This document shows positions 35,571 through 43,962 of a stretch of DNA of 43,962 nt, in pieces. The notes beneath the pieces were generated by a model. That model saw only the letters and a list, made by a program, of their open reading frames with translations. It had not been told where the DNA came from and did no database searches. The translations under genes were made by a program, and so were the position numbers. The stretch spans positions 1 to 43,962 of the forward strand of contig CAXTNN010000002.1 in the NCBI GenBank assembly GCA_964245545.1, in the 5' to 3' direction. The stretch comes from an uncultured Acetobacteraceae bacterium. Lineage in GTDB: Bacteria > Pseudomonadota > Alphaproteobacteria > Acetobacterales > Acetobacteraceae. Every line of letters begins with the position of its first letter. Within the stretch, counting starts at the first letter, position 1.

Positions 35571-36479
35571 TCAGTCGCGCTTGGCTTGCTCTGCCGGTCG
35601 CCGCAGGTCCGCGAACCCGATCCGGTCGAGGAACTGCTCGCGAACCCGGTCGATCACCGCGTAGGATACCGAGGCGCCGTCACTCGCCGGATCGACGACG
35701 ACGCGGAAGGGACGCCGGCCGTGTTCTGCGTTCACGACGGCCGCCACGGCCCGCGCTACCTCCGCCGGGTCGGCGTTTTCCGGCACGGTGCCCGCGAGCG
35801 CCTCCCTCATGCGGTCGGCGAAACCGTGCGGCCAGTTGTCCGCGTAGGCGGCCGCACGGTCTCCGTCCGCGGGCGCGCCGGCGTTGGCGAAGTGGTTGGT
35901 GCCTGTGGTGAACGCGCCCGGCACCACGATCGAGCTTTCGATGCCAAGTGGCGCCAGCTCGCGGGCGTACGCGACCGCAAGTGCGTCCATCCCGGCCTTG
36001 GCGGCGAAGTAGGGGCCAAGCAACGGGGGCACACCGCCCGCGACGCTGCTGGACCCGACCCAGACGAGAAGCCCGCGGCCGGCACGGCGCATCTGCGGCA
36101 GCGCCGCCCGGTTCACGCGCTGGCAACCGAGCACGTTGATGTCGTAGAGCTCGGCGAGCTGCCCGGGCGTGAAGGCCTCGCTGGGCCCGTAAACCATGTG
36201 CCCGGCATTATGCACCAGGACGTCCAGCCGCCCGTGTTCGGAGACTATCCGTTCGACCGCGGCGACGGCCGACTCCTCCGACTGCACATCCAGCTCGACC
36301 GTGCGGAGATCGACGCCGTGCTGACGCGCGTAGGCGCCGATCTCCTCCCTCTGGTGTGCGTTCCGGCCCGAAAGGCCGCGCATGGAAGCGTAAGCGGTGT
36401 GGCCGGCGCCCGCCAGCGCATTGGCGATCATGCGGCCGAAACCACTCGACGCGCCGGTGATCAGGGCGATTTGGCTCAT
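35571..36479 (-). CDS. SDR oxidoreductase
   Basis: ITGASSGFG, HNAG, YFAAK. Confidence 0.93.
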   Translation of the reverse strand: MSQIALITGASSGFGRMIANALAGAGHTAYASMRGLSGRNAHQREEIGAYARQHGVDLRTVELDVQSEESAVAAVERIVSEHGRLDVLVHNAGHMVYGPSEAFTPGQLAELYDINVLGCQRVNRAALPQMRRAGRGLLVWVGSSSVAGGVPPLLGPYFAAKAGMDALAVAYARELAPLGIESSIVVPGAFTTGTNHFANAGAPADGDRAAAYADNWPHGFADRMREALAGTVPENADPAEVARAVAAVVNAEHGRRPFRVVVDPASDGASVSYAVIDRVREQFLDRIGFADLRRPAEQAKRD

Positions 36480-36489
36480 GGGCGATCCC

Positions 36490-37227
36490 CTAGACGATGC
36501 CGCCGTTGACGCGGAGCACCTGGCCGTTCACCCATCCCCCGTCGGGCCCGACGAGGAACGCCACCACGCGGGCGATATCGTCTGGCTCGCCCAGCCGTCC
36601 GAGGGGGATCATCTTCGTCACCGCCGCGACCTGCTCCTCCGACTTGTCACCGAGGAACAGCTCGGTCGATACCGGGCCGGGCGCCACGGCGTTGACCGTG
36701 ATGTTCCGCTTGCCAAGTTCCTTGGCCAGGATGTGGGTCATGGCTTCCACCCCGCCCTTGGTCGCCGCATACGCGGCGTAGGTCGGCTGGTAGAGCCCGA
36801 CGACGCTGGACGAGAAGCTGACGATCCGCCCCCCGTCACGCATCCGTCGCGACGCCTCGCGGAAACCGTTGAAGGAGCCCTTCAGGTTGATCGCGACGTG
36901 CTGGTCGAACAGTGCGTCCTCGGTCTCGGCGACCGGCTTGAGCTTCATGATCCCCGCATTGTTGACGAGCACGTCGATGCCGCCGAACGCGTCGGTCGCC
37001 CGGTCGAACAACGCGGCAACGGCTGACGGGTCGCTGACGTCACCCCGGACGGCGATGGCTTGCCCACCAACCGACCCGATCCTTGCCACGAGCGCCTCCG
37101 CCGCCTGGGCGCCGCTGGCGTAGTTGACCACCACGGCGAGACCGTCCCGCGCCAACCGTTCCGCGACGGCTGCGCCGATGCCCTTGGACGAACCGGTGAC
37201 GATGGCGCAGCGCTGATTGTCTGCCAT
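36490..37227 (-). CDS. SDR oxidoreductase (3-oxoacyl-ACP reductase-like)
   Basis: TGSSKGIG, NNAG, YAATK, NAVAPGP. Confidence 0.93.
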   Translation of the reverse strand: MADNQRCAIVTGSSKGIGAAVAERLARDGLAVVVNYASGAQAAEALVARIGSVGGQAIAVRGDVSDPSAVAALFDRATDAFGGIDVLVNNAGIMKLKPVAETEDALFDQHVAINLKGSFNGFREASRRMRDGGRIVSFSSSVVGLYQPTYAAYAATKGGVEAMTHILAKELGKRNITVNAVAPGPVSTELFLGDKSEEQVAAVTKMIPLGRLGEPDDIARVVAFLVGPDGGWVNGQVLRVNGGIV

Positions 37228-37277
37228 GGCAGCTCTCCTTGATACCTGTCACGGCAGATGGTCGCTGCAACTGACCC

Positions 37278-37295
37278 GGATTAGCCGCGTAATCC
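37278..37295. promoter_or_regulatory. Putative LysR site
   Basis: Perfect inverted repeat GGATTA-N6-TAATCC between the divergent SDR and lysR. Confidence 0.5.
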
Positions 37296-37327
37296 CGTTC
37301 TGTGAAACCGGATTATTGGAACAATGA

Positions 37328-38236
37328 ATGGACCGGATCGGCGCCATGCAGGCGTTCACCCGCGTCGTCGAGCGCCGCAGCTTCGCGCAGGCCGCCTCCG
37401 ACCTCGGCCTGCCGCGCTCGAGGGCGTCCGAAGCGGTCCAGCAGCTCGAGCGGCACCTTGGCGTCCGATTGCTGACGCGTACGACCCGGACGGTGACGCT
37501 GACCGCGGAAGGCGAGCGCTATCACCAGAGCTGCCTGGCGATCCTGTCGGCGGTCGATACCGCCGATGCCGCCGTTACCCAAACGGTGCCGGCCGGGCCG
37601 CTCCGGATCGACGTCCACAGCAGGTTCGCTCAGCAGTTCCTATTGCCTGGCCTGCCAGAGTTCCTTGAGCGCAACCCGAACATCCAACTCCATATCGGCG
37701 AGGGCGATCGCCTGATCGACTTGGTCGCCGAGGGCGTGGACTGCGCCATACGCGTCGGCAAGCCGGCGGACAGCGGACTGGTCGGCCGCAAGCTCGGCGT
37801 GCTCGCCGAGGGCACCTTCGCCAGCCCTGCCTACCTCGCGCGGCATGGCTTGCCGGTATCGCCTCATGACCTTGCCGGCCATCGGATGATTGGCTTCGTC
37901 TCGACGGCGACCCGGGCGGTCATGCCCCTTGAGTTCCAGATTGCCGGCAGCGTGCAGATGGTCTCGCTGCCGGTGTCGGTCACCGTCTCCGCGGCGGCGA
38001 CCAACGCCAACCTGGCCCGGCTTGGCTTCGGCCTGGTCCAGGTGCCGCGCTACCGCGTCGAATACGAGCTGGCGACGGGCGCGTTGGTCGAGGTCCTGGC
38101 GGATCACCCCCCGACCCCGACGCCCGTCTACCTGCTGTATCCCGAGGGGCGGCAGCTTTCGCCGCGCGTGCGCACCTTCATCGATTGGGCGTCGACGGAA
38201 ATTGCGGGCGGGCTCGCCAGCAGCAAGGCCGCGTGA
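37328..38236 (+). CDS. LysR family regulator (CrgA/DmlR-like)
   Basis: MDRIGAMQAFTRVVERRSF, LLTRTTRTVTLT, DLVAEGVDCAIRVG, LSPRVRTFIDW. Confidence 0.95.
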   Translation: MDRIGAMQAFTRVVERRSFAQAASDLGLPRSRASEAVQQLERHLGVRLLTRTTRTVTLTAEGERYHQSCLAILSAVDTADAAVTQTVPAGPLRIDVHSRFAQQFLLPGLPEFLERNPNIQLHIGEGDRLIDLVAEGVDCAIRVGKPADSGLVGRKLGVLAEGTFASPAYLARHGLPVSPHDLAGHRMIGFVSTATRAVMPLEFQIAGSVQMVSLPVSVTVSAAATNANLARLGFGLVQVPRYRVEYELATGALVEVLADHPPTPTPVYLLYPEGRQLSPRVRTFIDWASTEIAGGLASSKAA

Positions 38237-38237
38237 T

Positions 38238-38255
38238 CCCGCCCGGCAGGGCGGG
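38238..38255. terminator. GC hairpin directly after the lysR stop
   Basis: CCCGCCC-GGCA-GGGCGGG (7-bp stem, GNRA loop); no U-tract. Confidence 0.35.
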
Positions 38256-38277
38256 CAGTGGCGACTGGACGGCCAGC

Positions 38278-38520
38278 TTACCCGAGATAGTCGGGCCGGG
38301 TGATGTCCACGATCAAACCGGGTTCCCGAGGCTCCCATCCCAGCCTCTCCCGCGTCCGCTGGCTCGACGCGGGACCATTGCCGCCGACCCACACGCCGAG
38401 CGGACCGAAATGCGCGTCCGCCTCCTTCGGCGACAGCGACTTGGTTGGGACGCCGAGCTGTTGGGCAATGGCTTCAGCGATCGACCGATAGGGCACACCT
38501 TTTTCCGCGACGGCGTGATA
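38278..38520 (-). pseudogene. C-terminal remnant of an NAD-dependent epimerase/SDR
   Basis: YHAVAEKGVPYRSIAEAI...AHFG...PASSQRTRERLGWEP...; the N-terminal Rossmann domain is missing. Confidence 0.75.
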
Positions 38521-38822
38521 AGCTTGGCCGCCCGCACCGCGACCGCCGGCGCCTGTCCGGGGGTGTTCGTCGATGCCACGACGGCTTTCGTCGCATTGTG
38601 CTGCTGTTCGTCGGATCGCGTGTGAGGAATCGGCCTGCCGGCATCCGCGCCAGGCACGTGGACGCTCGGCAACCTTCCTTCCGGGAACGACAATGCATGA
38701 TCACGGCCAAAGCTTCCTCTGACGTGCACCAGCACGACAGTCAGCCCAGGTGCCAGCCCATTACGGCATCGACCGGAAGCCCAAGATGATCGAACGGCTC
38801 GTCTCCAAAAAGAAAAGTTTGC

Positions 38823-38844
38823 TGGGAACCGATCGGTCCCATAT
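38823..38844. promoter_or_regulatory. TetR operator, copy 1
   Basis: TGGGAACCGATCGGTCCCATAT, with palindromic core ACCGATCGGT, 8 bp before the tetR ATG. Confidence 0.75.
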
Positions 38845-38852
38845 TAGTTAGC

Positions 38853-39464
38853 ATGAAGCGAGACATCGACCGTGCGGCCTCACCCGGTCGCCCACGTGAG
38901 TTCGACATCGAGGATGCGGTGCGCGACGCCATGAACGTGTTCTGGACCCGCGGCTATCATGCGACGTCCCTACCGGATCTGCTGGCAGGGACGGGTCTCT
39001 CCCGCGGCAGCCTCTACAAGGCATTCGGCGACAAAAAGGCGCTGTTCCTCCGGGCCCTTGATTGCTACGCGGAAGCAGGGCTGGAGGAACTCGGCGAAAC
39101 CCTGGCCGCTCCCGGGTCGGCCAAGGAGGCGATCCGAGCCGCGCTGAGCATCTACGTCCCGCTTTCGGCGGACAACCCGGGACGCCGGGGATGCATGGTG
39201 ATGGCCACGGCCGCCGAGATGCTGCCGCACGACCCGGAGGTGGACGCGCAGGTCCGCAGCACCTTCCGGCGGATCCAGGCTCTGCTCGCCGACGCCGTCC
39301 GGCGTGGCCAGGACGCCGGGGAGATCCCGGCCCGGCAGGACGCGCGCGACCTGGCGCGCTTCCTGGTCTGCCAGATTGAGGGGATGCGGGTGCTGGGCAA
39401 GGTGGGCGCCGACCGCGGGGACATGGCGGCCGTCGTGGACGCGGCGATGCGATGCCTGGACTGA
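38853..39464 (+). CDS. TetR/AcrR family regulator (NemR/ComR-like)
   Basis: GRPREFD, FWTRGYHATS, LSRGSLYKAFGDK, GCM motif. Confidence 0.95.
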   Translation: MKRDIDRAASPGRPREFDIEDAVRDAMNVFWTRGYHATSLPDLLAGTGLSRGSLYKAFGDKKALFLRALDCYAEAGLEELGETLAAPGSAKEAIRAALSIYVPLSADNPGRRGCMVMATAAEMLPHDPEVDAQVRSTFRRIQALLADAVRRGQDAGEIPARQDARDLARFLVCQIEGMRVLGKVGADRGDMAAVVDAAMRCLD

Positions 39465-39475
39465 TCGGGAGGATA

Positions 39476-40966
39476 ATGGTGGGTGCAATTGGGAACCGAG
39501 TGGTCGCAAATAACGCGGCTGAGAGCGCCGGGACGGCTCGGAATGCCGGCACCGCGGAACCGGTGGACACACGCCGCTGGGCGGGGCTCGCCGTGCTGCT
39601 AGCCGGCGCGTTTCTGCCGCCGCTGGACTTCTTCATCGTCAACGTCGCCCTGCCCTCCATCCGCGCAGACCTGCACGCGCCGGCGGCGACCATGCAGATG
39701 ACCGTGTCCTCCTACGCGACCGCCTACGCGGTGATGCTGATCACCGGCGGCCGCCTGGGTGATTTGTGGGGGCGCAGGAACGTGTTCGTGGCCGGCATGG
39801 CCTGCTTTGCGGCTGCTTCCGCGCTGTGCGGGTTCGCGTGGTCGCCGGGGTCGCTGATCGCGGGCCGCGTCCTGCAAGGGCTGGCGGCGGCCGTGATGGC
39901 ACCGCAGTCATTGGCGTCCATCAACGCGATCTTCCCTCCGGCCGAGAGGCCCAGGGCGCTCGGCTTCTACGCCGCGACCTTCGGCCTGGCGTCAATGGCC
40001 GGGCTGTTCCTGGGCGGCGCGCTGATCGCGGCCAACCCGCTCGGCCTGGGCTGGCGCAGCATCTTCCTGATCAACCTGCCCGTGGTCGCGGTCGCGGTGC
40101 CGTCCGCGCTGCTGCTGCTGCGTGACACGCGGGCCGACCAGCCAAGCCGCTTGGACATCGGCGGCGCCGTCCTGCTCGCCGCGGCCCTGACAACGATGAT
40201 CATCCCCCTGATCGAGGGACGCGAGCGTGGCTGGCCCGCCTGGTGCTTCGTGTTGCTGGCGTGCTTCCCGCTGCTGGCGGCCCTGTTCTGGTGTTACGAG
40301 CACCGGGTCGATGCCGCCGGTCGCGAGCCGATCGTGGTGCCGCGGCTGCTGTCCGTCCCGGGGTTGGTGCGCGGCCTGGTCGCGGCGTTGTTCTTTTACG
40401 CCTTGGCCGCGTTCTGGCTGGTGTTCTCGGTCTACCAGCAAGCCGGACTGGGCCGCTCCCCGTTCGGCGCCGGGCTGGCCATCTTGCCCGCGGCGGCAGG
40501 GTTCATCCTGGGGCCGTTCGCCAGCGCCTTCATTGGCCAGTGGCTCGGGCGCTGGACAGCCGGCGGCGGCATGGCGTTGCAGGCGGCAGGCCTGTTCGGC
40601 ACCGCGGCGCTCGCCGTGCTGTCCACGCCGGCATACCTGCCCGCGCCGCTGTTCCTGATCGGCGCCGGGCAGGGCATAGCCATGCCGAATATGGTCGGCG
40701 CCATCGTGGCCCGCGTCGGCAAGCAATGGTCCGGCCTGGCTGCCGGCCTGGTCAACTCGACCTTCCAGGTCAGCGGCGCGCTGGCCGTCGCGGTGATCGG
40801 CGGCCTGTTCTACGCCGTGCTCGGCCCGGCGACGGACCTGCCTGCCATCGCGTGGGCCTACGGCGTCGCCGCGGTGGCCATCGGTGCCTGCCTGCTGGTC
40901 GCGGCGTGGCTGACGAGCAGCCTTCCCGAAACATCCCCGCAGGCAGTCAGGCAGGCGGGACCGTGA
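39476..40966 (+). CDS. MFS drug:H+ antiporter (DHA2, EmrB/QacA-like)
   Basis: LDFFIVNVALPSI, GGRLGDLWGRR, WRSIFLINLP, about 14 TMs. Start uncertain (39476, 39500 or 39563). Confidence 0.9.
   Translation: MVGAIGNRVVANNAAESAGTARNAGTAEPVDTRRWAGLAVLLAGAFLPPLDFFIVNVALPSIRADLHAPAATMQMTVSSYATAYAVMLITGGRLGDLWGRRNVFVAGMACFAAASALCGFAWSPGSLIAGRVLQGLAAAVMAPQSLASINAIFPPAERPRALGFYAATFGLASMAGLFLGGALIAANPLGLGWRSIFLINLPVVAVAVPSALLLLRDTRADQPSRLDIGGAVLLAAALTTMIIPLIEGRERGWPAWCFVLLACFPLLAALFWCYEHRVDAAGREPIVVPRLLSVPGLVRGLVAALFFYALAAFWLVFSVYQQAGLGRSPFGAGLAILPAAAGFILGPFASAFIGQWLGRWTAGGGMALQAAGLFGTAALAVLSTPAYLPAPLFLIGAGQGIAMPNMVGAIVARVGKQWSGLAAGLVNSTFQVSGALAVAVIGGLFYAVLGPATDLPAIAWAYGVAAVAIGACLLVAAWLTSSLPETSPQAVRQAGP
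39490..39511. promoter_or_regulatory. TetR operator, copy 2
   Basis: TGGGAACCGAGTGGTCGCAAAT, 18/22 identical to 38823-38844, at the start of the MFS operon. Confidence 0.65.
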
Positions 40967-40992
40967 CAAACACTTCGATGGAGAACAGGACC

Positions 40993-41822
40993 ATGTCGAA
41001 AACCTGGCTGATCACCGGCTGTTCCAGCGGCTTCGGCCGCGTGCTGGCCGAGGCGGTGCTCGCCCGGGGGGACCGGCTAGTCGCCACGGCGCGCAAGGCC
41101 GATCCCCTGGCCGGCCTGGCCGACCGTCACCCTGGCAGCGTCCGCGCCGCCGCGCTGGACGTGACGCAGCCAGGCTCCGCGGCCGCAGCCGTGCGCCTGG
41201 CCGAGGACGCGTTCGGCGGCCTGGACGTGCTCGTCAACAACGCCGGTTTCGGCTTCATGGGCGCGGTGGAAGAGGCGACGCCGGACGAATACCGCCCGAT
41301 GTTCGAGACCAATGTGTTCGGCCTGATCGAGACGACCCGCGCCGCCTTGCCAACGCTGCGGAAACGCCGGGGCGGCCGCATCGTCAACTTCTCCTCAGGC
41401 GCGGGCATCGCAGGGGCCGCGGGTTACGGCTATTACAATGCCACCAAGTTCGCGGTGGAGGGCCTGTCGGAGGCGCTGGCGCAGGAACTGGCGCCACTCG
41501 GGCTGCGGGTGGTCATTGTGGAACCCGGGCCGTTCCGCACCGAGTTCCTCGGCCGCTCCATCGCAACCGCCCGGAACAGCCTGGACGCGTACGCCGAAAC
41601 CTCGGGCAAGCTGCGCAGCTACCGCGACAGTAACGATGGCAAGCAGGCCGGCGACCCGGCCAAGGCCGTCGCAGTCATCCTCAAGGCAGTCGATGCCGAG
41701 GCACCGCCGCTGCACCTGCCGCTCGGCCCGGTCGCCTACGGCCTCGCCGAAAGAAGATGGCCGCCTTCAAGGCCGACATGGATGCGTGGCGCGAGACGGC
41801 GATCGCCACCGACTTCGCCTGA
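40993..41822 (+). pseudogene. SDR oxidoreductase with a 1-bp frameshift near the 3' end
   Basis: MSKTWLITGCSSGFG, NNAG, YNATK. The homologous C-terminus MAAFKADMDAWRETAIATDFA* (stop 41822) lies in another frame after GCCGAAAGAAG near 41750. Confidence 0.8.
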
Positions 41823-41849
41823 CCTCGCCAACCCGGATCGGAGCCATCC

Positions 41850-42149
41850 ATGGTCACCATGTACGTCACCTATGCGGGCGATGCGGACACGCCCTTCGAC
41901 CGCGACCACTGGATCAACGTCCACATGCCGCTGGTGCGCGAGGCCTGGACTCCGCACGGCCTGCTGAGCGCGACGGGCTTCTTCCCCGCCGAGAACGGTG
42001 GCGGCCTGATCGCCATCTGCCCCTGCGTGTTCCGCGACGAGGCCGCCATGGAGGCGGCACTCGCCTCGCCGGCCACGGAACAGGTCATGGCCGACGTGGG
42101 AAAGGTCACCGCCGTGCAGCCCCGGCGCAGCCGCGCGGTGCCGCTGTGA
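41850..42149 (+). CDS. EthD family protein
   Basis: FDRDHWINVHMPLV...VMADVGKVT, 99 aa. Confidence 0.85.
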   Translation: MVTMYVTYAGDADTPFDRDHWINVHMPLVREAWTPHGLLSATGFFPAENGGGLIAICPCVFRDEAAMEAALASPATEQVMADVGKVTAVQPRRSRAVPL

Positions 42150-42201
42150 CGGCCGGGCCAGGAGCCTCGACCGACGTGACGGCAGCTGGAGGGAGCGCGC
42201 C

Positions 42202-42666
42202 ATGACGAGAACGCCTGCCGAGGTAGTCCGCGCCATCCTCGACAACCCCACCGACCTCGAGGTGGTGCGGGAGCTGGTGGCGCCGGACGCCACCTACGTC
42301 TCGCTCAGCTACGACAACCCCGAGCTGAAGAGGATCATGCCCTGGGCCGGCACCAGCCAGGGCGGCCCCGAGGCGGTCGTGGGCACCTACGCCAGCGTCG
42401 GCCGCTACTGGTCCAACGAGGACTTCGCGGTGGAGGACGTGATTGAGGGCGCGGACAGGGTGGCGGTGTTCGGCCGCTTCACCTACCGCTCGGCCACGCT
42501 CGGCAAGGCTGTGACCTCGCCGTTCGCCATCCTGGCCCGCGTGACGGACGGCCGTGTGACGTACATGCAGTTCATGGAGGACACGTTCGGCACAGCCGCC
42601 ACCTTCCGGGTCGGCGGGGAAGCCGTGTTCCGCGCCGACCCCGACGGTGGCGAGGTGGCGTTGTGA
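42202..42666 (+). CDS. SnoaL/NTF2-like protein
   Basis: ELVAPDATY, MPWAGT, VAVFGRFTY, GRVTYMQFMEDT. Confidence 0.85.
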   Translation: MTRTPAEVVRAILDNPTDLEVVRELVAPDATYVSLSYDNPELKRIMPWAGTSQGGPEAVVGTYASVGRYWSNEDFAVEDVIEGADRVAVFGRFTYRSATLGKAVTSPFAILARVTDGRVTYMQFMEDTFGTAATFRVGGEAVFRADPDGGEVAL

Positions 42667-43091
42667 GCGACCCAATCGAGGTGATCGGCCGCTTCTACGC
42701 GGCGGAGGCCGAATACATGAACGCGGGCGGTGCGGCGGCCGGCGCCGATTTTGCCGCCATGGCTGCGACGCTGGACCTCGACGTGGTGCTGCACCAGTCG
42801 CCCGACCTGCCCTGGGGCGGCGAGTTCCACGGGCACACGGGATACGAGAAATGGGCGCGGGCGATGAGCGCCGCCTTCGATCGGTTGGAGGTGAAGGACC
42901 AGGCCTTCTTCGTGTCAGGTGACACGGTCGTCATCACCTGCCGCCTCCTCACCCGCTCGCGCATGACGGGCGAGGTGCTGGACCTGCCCATGGCGCAGGT
43001 CGTCCGCACGGCCGGCGACCGGATCGCCGAGTTCCGCCCGTTCTACTGGAATGTGCCCGCCTATCAGGCGAGCGTTGGAGGCCGCCCATGA
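42663..43091 (+). CDS. SnoaL/NTF2-like protein
   Basis: DVVLHQSPDLPWGGEFHG, RIAEFRPFYW; GTGA overlap. Confidence 0.85.
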   Translation: MSDPIEVIGRFYAAEAEYMNAGGAAAGADFAAMAATLDLDVVLHQSPDLPWGGEFHGHTGYEKWARAMSAAFDRLEVKDQAFFVSGDTVVITCRLLTRSRMTGEVLDLPMAQVVRTAGDRIAEFRPFYWNVPAYQASVGGRP

Positions 43092-43962
43092 GCCAGAAGA
43101 CCGATATACCGCAGCCGGAGCCGTTCTGGGCCGGCACGCCGCTGCGCACCGCGCGGCGGGGCCATTTCTGGGTTGCGGGCGAACGCGTCCAACGCGATGG
43201 CAAGACCTTGCAGCGAGGCCCCATGTTTGTGGAGTGGGAAGCGCCGGAGGTGGTGACCCGCCCCTACCCGGTGATCCTGGTCCACGGCGGCGGCTTGCAG
43301 GGCACCGAGTGGCTGGACACGCCCGATGGCCGCCCGGGCTGGGCGCAGCGCCTGGTGGAGGCGGGATATGCCACGCTGGTGGTGGACCGGCCCGGCCACG
43401 GCCGCTCCCCGCTGCACCCGGACGTCATCGGCCCGCCCGGGCCACCCTTCTCCTACGAGGGCGGCCGGCAGATCTACGTTCCAGACAACCCGCCTGCCCC
43501 GCACACGCAGTGGCCGTTCGACCCGGACGACGCGGACGCCATGGACCAGTTCATCGCCGGCTACGGTCCCCTGCCGGCAGACCTCGCCGCATCGGAGGAC
43601 ATGGACGCGGACCGCCTGGCGCGGCTGCTGGACCGGATCGGGCCTGCGGTCCTGCTCACCCACTCCGCGTCCGGCCCGAGCGGCTGGCTTGCGGCCGACC
43701 GCAGGCCCGGGCTGGTCAGGGCCATCGTCAGCGTGGAGCCGATGGGCCCGCCCTTCGCCGACATCCCCAACATCGGCAAGCTGAGCTGGGGGCTGACCGC
43801 GGCGCCGCTGACCTTCGACCCGCCGCGCGCCTCGCCGGAGGAGGTGCGGGACGCCGCGCCTGACACGCTGCGCCTGCCCAACCTTGCCGGCCTGCCGGTT
43901 GCCGTGGTCAACGCCGACGCCTCGAACTTCGCCGCGGCGAGCCCGCCGACCGTGGAGCGGCT
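43088..43962 (+). CDS. Alpha/beta hydrolase, 3' end outside the window
   Basis: Not in the ORF track. ATG 43088 (ATGA overlap): MSQKTDIPQPEPFW...MFVEW...ILVHGGG...TPDGRPGWA...VDRPGHGRS...LTHSASG...VSVEP. Confidence 0.88.
   Translation, partial: MSQKTDIPQPEPFWAGTPLRTARRGHFWVAGERVQRDGKTLQRGPMFVEWEAPEVVTRPYPVILVHGGGLQGTEWLDTPDGRPGWAQRLVEAGYATLVVDRPGHGRSPLHPDVIGPPGPPFSYEGGRQIYVPDNPPAPHTQWPFDPDDADAMDQFIAGYGPLPADLAASEDMDADRLARLLDRIGPAVLLTHSASGPSGWLAADRRPGLVRAIVSVEPMGPPFADIPNIGKLSWGLTAAPLTFDPPRASPEEVRDAAPDTLRLPNLAGLPVAVVNADASNFAAASPPTVER

Noticed and set aside
38520-38820. Short ORFs between the epimerase remnant and tetR (also 28950-29190)
   Set aside because: No recognisable family, RBS or structure; probably decayed DNA, and not assignable without a search.
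1-43962. Many long overlapping ORFs (e.g. 3598-4875 -, 16893-18698 -, 20020-21630 +, 35214-36509 +, 30982-32259 -)
   Set aside because: Antisense or alternate-frame shadows of well-supported genes in high-GC DNA, with no recognisable motifs.
1-43962. CRISPR arrays, tRNA/rRNA, riboswitches, phage or anti-phage defence genes
   Set aside because: No repeat-spacer arrays, cloverleafs or diagnostic protein motifs seen; small ncRNAs cannot be excluded without an Infernal/Rfam scan.

Overview
GC-rich (roughly 65-70%) accessory region, most likely from an alphaproteobacterium (Acetobacteraceae/Methylobacterium-like, inferred from gene families and IS types). It has three parts separated by mobile-element scars. 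(1) 1.4-18.6 kb is an apparently intact 15-gene LysR-linked catabolic cluster in three operons: SBP-amidohydrolase-ICL/PEPM lyase-PrpF isomerase (+); NtaA/DmoA-type flavin monooxygenase-MFS-MmgE/PrpD (-); and AtuA-like-DUF4387-flavin reductase/MarR fusion-MFS-esterase-CaiB CoA-transferase-acyl-CoA dehydrogenase (+). A shared LysR-type motif sits upstream of both + operons. I know of no characterised pathway with this gene set, so it is the best candidate for an undescribed system, probably degrading an N/S-linked or branched C5-C6 dicarboxylate. (2) 19.2-26.5 kb is a GntR-linked cluster with an Fe3+/polyamine-type ABC importer, a crotonase lacking both catalytic glutamates and a second CaiB CoA-transferase. 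(3) 27-44 kb (plus 1-0.9 kb) is a string of small regulator + oxidoreductase detox modules (TetR, HxlR, AraC, LysR, TetR, MarR), several with clear palindromic operators. Remnants of ISL3, IS6 (two), IS1182 and a serine resolvase, plus several pseudogenes, mark the module boundaries. No rRNA, tRNA or CRISPR array was seen. All product calls come from motif recognition by eye, not database searches.
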